A stretch of DNA of 64,000 nt from NCBI GenBank assembly GCA_964187785.1, contig OZ076412.1, forward strand, positions 60,512,001-60,576,000. The letters run 5' to 3'. Numbering within the stretch: position 1 is the stretch's first letter; every line of letters begins with the position of its first letter. The notes under the pieces are model-generated. The model searched no databases. It was not told the origin of the DNA and saw nothing but the letters and a program-made list of their open reading frames with translations. Of this stretch, positions 49,531 to 61,879 are shown piece after piece. This DNA comes from Amphiscolops sp. MND2022 (Eukaryota). The position numbers and the translations under genes are program-made.

Positions 49531-52500
49531 TATAGTTTCTTGTTTTCACGCCTTATTTGAGTTTGCACTGGTGGTTCTTATTCTTCTGGAAGCTGTTCGA
49601 TATTTCCTGTTGTTGTTGGTTTCCTTTCCTTGGATTTCGTTGATTGTATAAATATAATTTGCTTTTCCTTTTTTGTTTTTAGCTGGATTGGAGACTGTCC
49701 CTCCTGGGTCGCCCATGGTGATGTCTGCCACACAGTGTGTAATGCTCGCTCGATGTGCTGCGCGGAGCGAACGGACTGAGACCATGAAGGAGACCAAGAC
49801 TTTGGCTAAGCGTAAGTTTTATTTCCGTATTTCTGTTCTATCAACTGTTTTGTTGGACTGTTATTTTGTTCCTCCTGTGATTGTTGTTTCGTCATTTTGT
49901 TGTGTTCGTTGGTGTGCAGTTTCGTATGTTAGGTATTATTTGCTTGTATCTTGAAGATTGTGGTGTACAGAATTAGGGAAGTTGTCCCGGCTTCTCAAAG
50001 CAAAAGGAATCGATGCCAGTGATCCCGGCCGCGCCATGGACCCTGTGGAAGTGCGGAAGGAAAAATTATTGGCTCGCGACGAGGAGAAAGTCAAGCGGCA
50101 GTCTGAACGTCATGTCCCGACCAAGACTATGTGTAGTCATCCAGTCCCGCGTTTGTTCGTCAGCCGACGCAACGACAAGAATCCGAACGGATTCAATTGT
50201 GCCATCTGCCAGAAAGATGTCTCGTTCCTGTCCCGTGGGCCCCGAGGCATTTGGAGACACTTCAAATGTAAAGTACACTATTTGAAGGATCGGAGGTCTC
50301 GGTTCGACCATGAAGAAGTGATATATACAGAGAATTTCGATGCGATTTCCGTTAATGAAATATCGGCAGAGTTGCGGGAAGGAATTGAGAAGAACCCTCC
50401 AGTTACTCTGGGCAAGATGAACCGATTCCTTGAGGACAAGGTGGATGCATTGTTTGGCGTCCCGTCCAATGTGCCACCTTCGACGCTCGTGGTTTGTTTG
50501 CTCGAGCTTTTAAGGAGAGGGTATCACAAGTTTTCTTACGCCGACTATGGAACCAGTTCAGGACCACACTGCCGGTTGAAAGTCCTTATGCATCTGTCCC
50601 CTGGAGCAAGACCGAGACCTTAGTGGTGCTGGTACAGACTCTGTATCCTCGTGTGTTGCGGCGGGTTAAATTCTGGCTGGGGGACAGTCCTTTTTTTAGC
50701 TTGATGCTGCAGTCTTCGCATTTCGGTGTGAGGTGCATCGTCCGATGCTGCACCGATGATTCTACCCGCGAAATTTGCATTGTGGACGAGGATCAGGCTG
50801 CTGTTTCCTGTGAGGCTGAGATTCAGGGTTTGGCTCGGGCCCTGTCACTGGTGTCGACTCGTCGAGGACCTGTTGCTGTCGAGAATTGCCCTCCTATTCT
50901 TTTCAACGCTTACGTTGATTGGTGCCACTCAGTTGGACGGCCTGTGCCTTTGGTCGCTGTGTCCTTCGATGGGATCCAATTGCGTCGGCTTGTAAATGAG
51001 TCGGGCTTCGCGTGTGTTGGGTCAGTGGATGCATTCGCTGTTGTAGAGTATCTGGCTCAGCGTTTGAAGAGGGTTCGCCATCAGGCGTGGCTCCTGAATC
51101 TGCCCAGGTTTCGCCTCTGCGTGGAGGATGGTGCTGCCCCTTTGTAATATTGTGTGATGTTCTGGAGGAACTTTTAGAGAACTGGTCGGATGTGAAAATT
51201 TGCCTTGCTAAAGATGTGCTCTTGATGAAGAAGTCTATTAATGTGGTCGATCTTGATTCTCTGCTCTGTTCGGACCGTCTGGGGCTTCCTCGTCTTGAGT
51301 TGCTTCATGTTGTGTTGCTGTGTTTCCGGACCAATTGTGCGAAGCTGTTTGATGTGTCAGTTAAGGATTACGCCTGCAGAACTTTTGTTGACTTCTGTTT
51401 CTTTCACTTCTAAGTCTTCTAAGTAAAGTGAAAAAAGTGAGTCATCTGCCCTCCATCGACCGTTGATTTGATTATATCGACAAGCCCCTAACGAATTGGC
51501 CTAACGTTACTGCTGCTGAGTGTCTCCAATGCAAACCTAGCATCCAAAGGTCTCTGCGCGGATTCGACGTTGCGCCTCGACGATCCTTCTTGCGGGAATG
51601 CCAGGCTTTCTTGTTGGAGTTCCTCAAACAGCTCAGTTCGTCGAACTGTGCCAGTTCCCGAGTCGCCTGTTCGCTCAGTTGCCTAAGTGTGGACATGTTG
51701 CTTGGGGGGAATGCCGATTACGTCGTGGAGCTGTTCCAAGACTTAGTCACTTGTTTCCAGGAAGCTGGTTATCTGGATAGTGTGGATCGGGAAGCGGCTG
51801 TAAACGAGTTCAAGTCGTTGGTGGTAGAATTTCGTCAGCAGTCAACGGATTCATCTCAGATAGGAGATGTGTTTACCTATCTGGAAAGTGATGCTAGCTA
51901 TCAGTGTCGGGCCCATGTTAAGCAGATAGTTCGGTTTGTACGGGTCATTGTGAGTTCTGCTCCTGCTGCTATGCCTGCTGTTGATATTTCCATTAGTGGG
52001 ACAAATCTTCCAACAAGTGTTATCCGTTCTGGTCTGGGTGCAGTACAGTCGTTTGTGCTCCATCCTAAGTTTATGGCGGGTGATTTGCTAACAGTAGGAT
52101 GTTTGGAAGAGCTGAAAGTCAACCTGCTTGTTGGGCATCGGTTTCTTGCGCGTAGTGAGTTCGATCCGTGGACTGATGTGAGTCGTCATCCTCATGCGTA
52201 TATTTACAGTAGTCTCTTCCAATGTTATACAGCTTATTATTCGGGACAAGTTGAGGAGTAGAGGGCCCGGATGTCGACTGCTGGTGCTTCTTCTAGTGCG
52301 ATTCCTGAGGTCGGTCAAAGCACAGCCAGTTCTTCTTTCAGAACGGCAAAAGGTAATACCAGAGCACCTCGGTCGTGTAAATCAGCTTGAAAACTTTCTG
52401 GCTTTGAAAATTTGTGGATGGATGTTCGTTGAATGTTTGTATATGGTTTTCCATTTACCTGTTGTTACATTTGATTTTGTTCGATTTGTTTTTTTTTCGG

Positions 52501-52864
52501 TTCCGCAAATCGGTTCCATTTTAGAAAAAGAAACTAAAAGTTGAAAGCTCTGGTATTATGGAACGTGATAAAAGAAAGAAAAATTCGAGGCAGCTCAATG
52601 ATCCACTGGGTCTGTCAAATTAGTATTTAGCCTCTCTATTGTTTTCATCCAAGTTGTATAAGTAAGAGAGTGAGTGCGAGAGCCATTCTGAATTGAGGAG
52701 ATTTGAAGTTGAGTGACAGGATAGCCGTCCAGGTTAGTGCTCGGGGCCTTTTCACTTTCCTGATCTCAGGCCACCGTCAGGGCCGAGTTCCTCTAAAACT
52801 TGTATTTCTGGGCCGTCATCAGGCCTGTGTTCAGGGTTGTCGAATTGTTTGAATTGACTTCTAT

Positions 52865-54660
52865 AGAGTTGTAGTAAGCAAAATTCCGCTTTCAATTTGA
52901 GGTCGGGTTTCGGCGAAGATTGTACCCTGATTTTCGGGGGGATTTAGGAGTGGGTGCAGAGTCTTCAGCTTCGTCGGCAATGTCTAGGGTTGCGTCATGC
53001 GCCTGGGTTTCCGAGTGGTTGCTAATGTCATCATGTTCGTGCCTTGGGTCGGGGCTCTAAGCGTTGGGGTGGGTAGTGTCATCGTCTGTTGCTGGGGTTG
53101 GCGGTATCAATTTAGGTTCGATGACTGGCGATTTTCGGGGTGGGTAGGGTCTTCTTGGTAAAGTTCTTGCCAATCTAATGCGTATAAGTCATCACGTTGT
53201 ATGGCAACTTCGTTGTCCTGCTGGAAATTTTTGGGGGGGTGTTGAGATATCAGGCAGTTTGAGGGTACTCGTAAAAGGTCGGAGCCTGATTTTATGTAGG
53301 ATTTGTGTGAGGTTTGTTTGGGGTTTTCGAAATAAATAATTGTTGTTTGGTAAAGTTTTGACCACCATATATGGCCCCGTCCAAAAGTAGTCTTTAAACG
53401 GCAGTTTTGTTGACTTTCTATGCGCTTTCGGATGCAATGCATAGCAGTAGTCGTTTACTACCAAGGGGTTGGCTGAGGCCTTCTTGTCCTAATAGTGTTT
53501 ATGACGAACAAAGGCCTGCATCAGTGACTGTTGTGTCTGCTCGACAATTTCTTTTGTCTGTCGATTCACTCCTTCGGCTATTTCAATGTTGATTGGGTCA
53601 GCAAGTTGTGGCTTGAGTCCATATTTCAGGTCAAGTACAATGTAGGGGACTCTCCCGTGAAACACTCTGCTGGGTTCGCAGCCCCGGGACGTGTGGTATG
53701 AGGTATTGTATTTCAATACCGCCATTGTTAAGAATTGGTGCCACTTTGTACGCCTTTCCCCCGTCATAATTTTCAGACTTTCTTCTTTCTTTCAGGGAGG
53801 CGTGAGTCCGTTCCAGGATGCCTATCGTTTGGGCTTGTTTTGTGGTAGCGTGTTTCAATTGGATTCCCAAGGCTCTAGTGGTTTGTTGCATTGCTTCTGA
53901 TATAAATTGGGAACTTTTGTCTGTGATGATTGTCGTGGGTAGATAGCAATGTCTGGTAATGATGTCTGTTAGGACCCGGTTGACGGTTCTGGTATCAATT
54001 CTAGCCACGTTGTATGCAAATAGATATCGGGAGAAGACATCCATTGCTGTAATAACTGCATTGTATCCTCTTGATGGGTCATCAAATGGGACTATGTCCA
54101 TCTGGAGTGCATCTTCAGGTCCCATTGCATCTTTTGACATATCGATTAGGGGAGGTGTTATGCTACTGTTGGGTGTTCTCTTTGTCTGGGCGCATTCTCT
54201 ACAGTGTGAGATAGGGTTGGCTATTCTGGCGGCGAGTCCTGGAAAGTAGTACTTCTCACGGCATTGTTGGATAGTTTTGGGTGTTTTCCTTACTTTCCAT
54301 GATGATGTTGAATGAATTCGTCGACCAGATGTTGAGAAGCAACACCTGTAAGTATTTCACTTTCCCAGTGTCTCCAAAGTTGTGTCTGTACAGCAGCCTA
54401 TCTTTCATGATGATTCTGTCTTCTTGGGTTAAGTACTTTGTTGCTCCGTGGTCGTCATTCAGGAGCTGGGTGTCATATGGCTCCTTTATTAACTTTGGTT
54501 TTAGGTTTCTGACGACGGGTTCTGGTCTTGGTGTGGTCTCAAACTGCGTGGGAAGTTCGTTTCGTTATGTAGTTGGCGCCTTTGTTTTTGCTCTGGGTCC
54601 TGGATATTGTTGCAGACTAATGGCAAGTTCTCCGTTTGAGAGTTTGTTTCAGTTGTAGCG
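52865..54660 (-). pseudogene. Gypsy-2 integrase, fragmented
   Basis: LQMDIVP..ITAMDVFSRYLFA, ITDKSSQF, GILERTH, YNTSYH, WTGPY, C-terminal YNLRRNP. Confidence 0.92.
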
Positions 54661-54692
54661 GCTTGGGAGTCAGTTTGGTGTTCTTGGGGGCT

Positions 54693-56591
54693 TTATAATT
54701 TCTTGCGTGCTCGTTGTTTTTGCTCCCAGATGTCTTCTTCTGTCTCGGAGTCGTCTTGCGGTAAGAAGTAGAACTGGTCTTCCTCATGATTGTCGGAGGA
54801 TTGAATGTTCACTTGGATGGGTGTGGTTTGGATGTCTTGTCTGATTTGGAGAAAGACTTTTTCTTTGGGGCTGATGTCCAATCGGGAGAGGAAGTCCGCC
54901 GCCGTGTTCATTCTTCCTGGGACGTGAGCTATTTTAAAATGAAACTGTAATACGAAGTCACAGGCGTTCCAGAGAAGAGGTGGGATCGTTTTGGTTTGAA
55001 AAAATCTGGTGACTGATTTGTTATCCGTCAAGACGACTGTGGGTTTGGTGGAGGCCCACAGAATGTGGATATACTCCATGAAGGCGAAGTAAATTGCCAA
55101 AAATTCTTTGGCATAAATTGAAACTTTGAATTGTGACGGGGAGAAAGTTTTGGAGCCAAAGGCCACTGGGGCGTACGTCTTTTCGGTGGATGTTATCTTT
55201 TGTTCTAGATCTTGCTCAGTCATGAAGGCATAACCTGCGTTCTTGAAGTTGGCATCAGGTAATAATACATACTGCCGGTTTGGCAGTGGCTGTTTGAGCC
55301 AAAGTCCACACGCGTTGTCTAATGACTTGTTGATGGCTTCGATGCTGGAGATGAGTTCCTGGTCAATTTTTGCTGGCTTGTCAGATTTTATGAGCTCGTG
55401 GAAAGGAGCGATCTTCTCTGATAATCGGGGAATGTAGTTCCTGTAATAGTTTACAAATCCGATATATCTTTGAAGTCCTTTCTTCGTTCGGGGGAATTTG
55501 AGCGTTTGCAAGTACTTCTTGATTTTGTGGCTTTGGGGCGCCACGCCTGATGGAGAGATTGTTCGCCCAATGAATTTGGCCATTGTAAGCCGGAGTCCTG
55601 CTGCGCGGGTGCATTGGAAGACCTCTCTCAAATTGTTCTTCAACTCTTCGGGAGTGTTTGTGGCAATTCCAATGTCATCCACGTATTGCGCGCATTTATC
55701 CGCCTTTATGGCCTTGTCCAGGTATTCTCTCATGAAGCTTGAGAAGGACGGCAGTGAGCGGCTCAGTCTGAGGTACGCAAATGTTCTGCTGGCGAAGTTG
55801 AAGGCTAGAAGTTGGACGGAATTCTGATCTGCCATCTGTAGTACGTGGTAACCTTGTGAGCATTCGAGCTTCCAAAACAACTTCTTGCCAGCGAGGTGTT
55901 GCGCAGCATCGTTTAGTGTGCTGACCGGATGATTATCGTTGATGTAATCATCGGAGATCAAGTTATTGATCTTTCTGAGGTCCACTAGTAGACGCAGTCT
56001 GCCGTTCAGCTTGCGCTGGGCAAAGATCGGGCTGGCATATTTGCTGAACGGGAGAGTTGTTATGATCCCGAAGTAGTGCATTAAAGCCAGTTCAACTGTC
56101 AAGTCTTCTTTCAGGTTAGTAGGGCAGGGCAGGCTCTGTGAGTAGACTGGTTCGTCCGTTTTTGGCGTGAGTTTAATTTTGAAATCGTGATTGATTCCAA
56201 TGTCCGGTCGGTGTCTGGCAAAAATGTCGTTGAACTCGATGAGTATTTCTTCATTGTCTTTTTTGTCGTCTTCTGACAGCTGTGTGTCATCCCATTTGAA
56301 AATTTTGAGGAATGCCTCCCGTTCTTCGGCGCTGTTGGTGGGGTTTAATTTCTGGATCTCTTCCAGTTCTTTAATTTCTCGCAAAATTCGGCTTTGGATC
56401 GGCCTGTGGGTATTAGGGTCCCCGGGGTTGTCTGGCGTGGGGAACCAGAAGATTTTGTTGTTGGATGGTTTGTCAGAAGTTTTCAGGAGTTCGTTGATAT
56501 AGACTATTGCGTCTTCTGAATCGTCTTGAGTGAGCACTTTGAGTGCTGCTGTGTTAAGTGGTTTGAGTTCTTTGACTTCCTCTGGCGACAT
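54693..56591 (-). pseudogene. Gypsy-2 reverse transcriptase and RNase H
   Basis: SKYASPIF..LRLLVDLRKIN, QYVDDIG, YAKEFLAI, LTDNKS, HVPGRMNTAAD; internal deletions. Confidence 0.95.
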
Positions 56592-56599
56592 AATTTTGA

Positions 56600-58480
56600 A
56601 CTCCGCGATCTTTGTATTTTTTTTTGATGGTGTAGGGTTTGGGGGTCGTGTTCGTCACTCTGACTTTAAATTTTTGGTTCGAGGCTGTTGATATCGAGCT
56701 AGCTACGACCAAGGGGTCACCGCCCGCTGCAGTGATTTGTTGCTGGGTTGATGACACCGGTTGTGTCGATGGTGGATGATATATCCGTGTAGGTGGTGAT
56801 TGTCTGGGTTGTCTCATGTGGAATGGTGAGTGGGTTCTTGACTTGGACTTTGTATAGATTCCTGTTACGGGTATATTCGTCGGTTTCGATCGAATATGTT
56901 AAATGGGGGAAGTGAAGCAGTCCTTGACTCACGTCCAGGATGGCGCTGTTATTCTTGAGAAAAGTGGGGCCGAGTATTGGTCCTGAGAGTCGTTTTGCAT
57001 TGATAAATGTTTCCTTGAAGTTCCTGTCCCCGATCTCGAATTGGAGGATGATCGTCTTTGTGGGGGTTTCGATATCGCCGTTCGCGACTTGGAGTTTGAA
57101 GGGGGTGGTTCCAATTTTCAACTATGTCCTTGGGGGACATCTGGAAGATTTTGTTGTAATCTGTTTCTGAAATGCAATTGACAAGAGCGCCAGAGTCGAT
57201 GAGTGCGTCCAGTGTCAAGTCCTGGAAATCCATTGGAGCAAATAGCATTTTCTTCTTCTTCTTGATTGTCACCGCTGAGAAGATTGGGATGCATTTCTCG
57301 TTGGTCACGGGGTCTCTTGTGAGGTATTCTGCAATCTGGGCCGTGGGGTAGGACTGGGATTCGTTCTGTGGTGGTGTGTCGTTTACAGCACCTGTGGGGG
57401 ATCCAGATTGCGTGTCCGTTGTGGCGGTCTCTGTGGGTCGAGGGTCCTCGACTTCGTTTTCGGGCTGCCTATCGTTTCGGGAGAGGGGGATGAGAGTCTC
57501 TCTAGCTGTGTGGTTTTTCCTCGGGTATTCTGCAGTCTGCTCTGAGGGGTAGGACCTTGATTTGTCCTGTTGTGGTGTGCCGTTTGCAACACCTGGTTGG
57601 GATTCAGGCTGTATGATAGTTTCGTCAGCCATGATGGGTTGAGTGTCTTCAACTTCATCTTCCGACTGACTATTGAGGGAGGAGGGTGAGATCAACGTCT
57701 CATCGCAGGAGAGGGGCTCTAGGAGTAGAGACCTCTTGATCCTCATTGTGTTTGGTTTGGAGGCTATTGTCTCCGTGGTTATTGTGGTATTAGGTGGGTC
57801 CACGGCTTCAGTCGTGGGCCTGTCGGTTGGCTTTTCGATGAGGTGGAAATCGGGTGCTATGTCCATTGATGGGGATCGCAGAGTTCCAGCTCTAATGGGG
57901 TTCACTGTTAGATTTCTCAGTGGTGATTGAGGAATCGTGGTGGTATGCGGTCTATTTTTTTTCAATATGGGTTTGACCGTGTTGTGTGCGTTATCCACTA
58001 TGATTTCAGTTACTCGTTCTGCGTCCTGGTCGAATTCTGGGACGAGTTGGATATGTTTTGGGCGGTGGCGGGGCTCTATGGAGATGTTCATGACCGTTTA
58101 CTTTATGTACTCCTCAAATGGCGTGCACTCTCTTCCTTTGAATGTTAGTGTTGTTTTGTAATATATTCCGGGGTTATAGTATGGGTCACAGTTGAAGTCA
58201 GGGTCGTGGATATAAGTCTCGGGGGCGGTACTGGGTTCGGGTAATGGTTATTTCGGGGTCTCATAGTTGATGGGGTTCTCTAAGTATCAAAGTGGGTAGT
58301 CTTTCTTGTCTAGATTCTGTCGTCGGTGTCGGTTGAGTTTGTGAATTTGCCACCTTCGCTTCCAGTCGAGAGATGGTTGTTCACGGCACTCATCGTTTTC
58401 TTCACTCTCGAATGAATTCGGGGGTTCAGATGTTGTGTAATGTCGCTTTTCGGGAGTGTCCCCGAATTGAAGATGTGGCA
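56600..58480 (-). pseudogene. Gypsy-2 Pro/Thr-rich spacer and aspartic protease
   Basis: LIDSGALVNCI; ILGPTFL in the adjacent frame. Confidence 0.9.
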
Positions 58481-58483
58481 AAA

Positions 58484-59621
58484 CTAGTTTTTTGAGTGGG
58501 TACGATCTTGGTTTTGGGTTTGGGGCTGGGTTGTCATTTGGATTGGGGTTTGGTAGCCCATTTGGCCGGTTGTCTGGTTATGGTATTGAGGTTGGGTCAC
58601 TTGTGGGTTTTCTTTTGTGTACTGACCTTTTGGTTGTGGAGGTATTGGAATGTTGTTTGGCGGGGTGGCTTTAGGGGTTTTCCACCACTGTGGCCTGTTG
58701 GCCCAATTAGCGCCCGAGTAGCATTCCTGCGTTGTGTGGCTTTTCTTTCCACAAGTTTCGCACGGGTCAGTTATCTTGTTCGGCACTCTGTTGCCTCTGT
58801 TCCTTGCTTCGCGGGCCGTTTTTCGGCAGTTCTTGATAACGTGTCGGGAATGGCCGCACCCGAAACACGAACCTGCTGGTTTAGGTGGGTTGGGGGCTTT
58901 TTGTTGTTCTTGGGCATCAATTTGATGTTTTCCCGTTACGTTATTGTCGATGGGGTCTAATATTCCATTCAGTTCCATCTCCCTTTCTAAATGTTGGACC
59001 ATTGTGTCGTAGGTTTCAGTTTCTAAGCTGGCTTGGTTGAGGACTCGTTTCAGGTGCGGTGGCATTTTTGCGTAGAGCGTAGAAGGATGTCTCGATGAAT
59101 TTCGGGGCGTCCTCTCCATAGGCTTCTTGAGCCAACTTTTGGTATTGTTCTAGGAAGTCCTGGAACTTCTGTCTGGATGGATCAAAATGGAGTTGCTCCC
59201 ATTTGCATCGTGCTGTTCCTACTGACTGTGGGCGTACGTATCGTCTTCTGAATGTTGAGATGGTGTCCTCAAGGCTGACACGGTTTGTGTCGGTCATGTT
59301 TTGGTATGTTTGAAGGGCATCGCCTCGCAGAAGGGAGTGGAAATATTGTATCTGTTCCTCTTCTGAGATGTTTGGGTGGACTTTGAGGCTTGTGGTGACC
59401 AGGTCTTCAAAGTGTTCAAACTTGTCGTTACGTCCGTCAAACGTTGGCATTGTCGTTGATAACGCCTTTGGCAATCTGGGTAGTTCCAGATTTTGTTGGG
59501 TAACATTTTTGAGTGATTCCAAGAGTTTGTTCACTATGTCGTCAGAGTACTTCTGGTTGGGCGGTGGCAGTCTTGATGATCTTGTGGTGAATTCTTGGGG
59601 TACAGTTACTCCTGTCACCAT
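58484..59621 (-). pseudogene. Gypsy-2 gag with two CCHC knuckles, frameshifted ~59080
   Basis: MPTFDGRNDKFEHFEDL, CFGCGHSRHVIKNC, CETCGKKSHTTQEC. Confidence 0.92.
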
Positions 59622-59950
59622 GTTTTACCGTGACTTTGGGGCAACTCGTAGATATCTTCTCATTGGGAAGATGGACCGGGTTCAGTCAAATCGGACTCAA
59701 CTGTATTAGAATTCACGGTTGGAGGAGTCTTATCCGACAAGGAGTCAATTTTAGATGACAGATTTTCGATTATTCTCAGTATCTACCTTGGACCAACTTC
59801 AGTATCCTTGATCCGACGACAAACAGATTTCTCTATTTTCTCGGACAATTCCGGAAAGTCTTTATCGGATATACTGAGAACGATTTCTGTCCTCAAACTG
59901 GACGTTTCGGGTTCGCCTAGGAAACTAGACGCTGAGTCTCTCCGAGCTTT

Positions 59951-60150
59951 NNNNNNNNNNNNNNNNNNNNNNNNNNNNNNNNNNNNNNNNNNNNNNNNNN
60001 NNNNNNNNNNNNNNNNNNNNNNNNNNNNNNNNNNNNNNNNNNNNNNNNNNNNNNNNNNNNNNNNNNNNNNNNNNNNNNNNNNNNNNNNNNNNNNNNNNNN
60101 NNNNNNNNNNNNNNNNNNNNNNNNNNNNNNNNNNNNNNNNNNNNNNNNNN
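59951..60150. other. Assembly gap (200 N)
   Basis: Run of n. Confidence 1.
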
Positions 60151-61346
60151 GGAAAATCCATCATGCTTTCACACTTCATTCAGCCCGGCGTCCTTCCGAG
60201 GCGAGGAAACCGGAAGTTCAGTTCCGCTTCGTCGAACTCAGACTCTCAGTTTGTTCATTCTTCCCAGGGAAAGCACGCTTCTACTTCCTGTCTGAGTTGC
60301 GACTCCGCTTCCCTTCTCTCCCATCTCCCGCCTCTTCAGGACGCCGAAGCTGAATTTAGCGGCAAAATGTACAGATGATTCAATATTTCACGCCCAAAAG
60401 ACGGAAAAATAGGAATAAGACATCAACAACCATTCTAAGTAGAAATGAAAATATCCAAATTAGTTTAATTAGTTCAAAAATACCGCTCAACATAGTGGTT
60501 AAATCAACAAAACTGCGAATTGAATTTTAAATTCGCATCTTGGAGGCGTTAAGACGTTGATCACTTTCAAATAAAGAACCCCGGTCTCAGGCTGTGTTCT
60601 ACTCTTTTAGGGAAAAATGCATGCTTTCATACTAAAGGTTAAAATAGCAACAATTGAAATTTTACATGAGACAAATCATTTTAATGCACTGTTTAAGACG
60701 CAGATTAATCCAATAGAATGGAAATTGGCTCAAAAGGTAATATATGTCACCAATCAGTTACTAATTTATACGGATCAGGAAATTTAATCTCAGGCCGAGG
60801 TCTGGGCCGTCGCTTGGTGTGCTTGGAAAATTAAACATAGTTACATGAACAAAACTGCTACAAATTACATGCAATTAACGATTATCGTTTAAAATCATGA
60901 GTGTTAGTTCGTGGTTTCATGGGGAGAATAGAAAATCATTGTTAGCATCATCATCTTTCATATATAATGGATTTCTATGCATTTTAATCTCAGGCCACTC
61001 GCCAGGCCGGCGCTTCGCTGCTCAAATCTCAGGCCGGCTGCCAGGCCGCAGTTCCGCCATTAATACTTCAGGCCGCTTGCTAAGCGGTGTGGTTTGTTTA
61101 TTATTAGTTACATAGCACTGTATTAAAATTATTAACTGCACTATAGCTTCATAATATAAATATATATATAAATATAATTTAAGCTCCGAAATAATTTAAA
61201 AATGATAATTATATATTAGCACTAAGTTAGTTGTATATTAGTTATTTCACTTGCCTTTCCCATTCTTTCATTCTAATCCCAACTTCCTTCTCCGCAGACC
61301 GCGCTTGCTATGTGGCAGATCTCACAGCTTAGCTGGGGCTGTGACA
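60151..61346 (-). repeat. Gypsy-2 5' LTR (inner end lost in gap)
   Basis: Direct repeat of 33107-34302, about 90-95% identical by eye. Confidence 0.85.
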
Positions 61347-61879
61347 TCGAGAGTACCAACTGACTGAGCCTTGGTCAGCTGAAATAGTTGAAGTAGTTAA
61401 AAAAGTACAAAAATGCAGTATATTGGTTCCTTAGAAGCTGCAGAAAAACATATTTCTGCAAAAATCTTTAAAGAAAATCTGCACGCTTCTGTAAAGATCT
61501 TGCAGATCTGTATGGATCTTCAAGATTCACTGCAATGATCTTTGCAGAACCCTGCAGAAAAAATCCTGGAGATCTGCACAGATTCGCAAAGATTGAAAAC
61601 CTGGGATTTCAACTTACCACTGCCAGACAACGTCCACCACAAAGACGCACAGACAGAGAACAACTTCAGTAGCAGATATCGAAATGGCTCAGACGTCGAT
61701 GACTTCGTTGAACCACCCGAAGAACAAGTCTGTTATACGAAGAACCGGACGAACCTGGGCAATCAGAAGTGAACGAAGTGTTTCCTGCACTACGCTGGAT
61801 CGTTGGGGACCTATCAGGTGAATTTCGTATTGAGTTGCCACAGATTCAGGGTGTCAAGTTAATTTTAAGTCACCAGTTG

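Larger units (their letters stand above)
34649..52390 (+). pseudogene. Antisense multi-exon accessory gene of Gypsy-2, hAT-transposase-like; third intron contains the Polinton
   Basis: ATG 34649; phase-1 GT-AG introns 34967-35046, 35278-35389, 35594-49682, 49812-49970; Cx2Cx16Hx5H at ~50198-50279; homologous to 13098-16583. Confidence 0.7.
32865..61346 (-). mobile_element. Gypsy-2 Ty3/Gypsy LTR retrotransposon (~14.5 kb native) with nested Polinton
   Basis: Two LTRs flank gag-PR-RT-RH-IN and an antisense gene; assembly gap at the 5' LTR/PBS junction. Confidence 0.8.
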
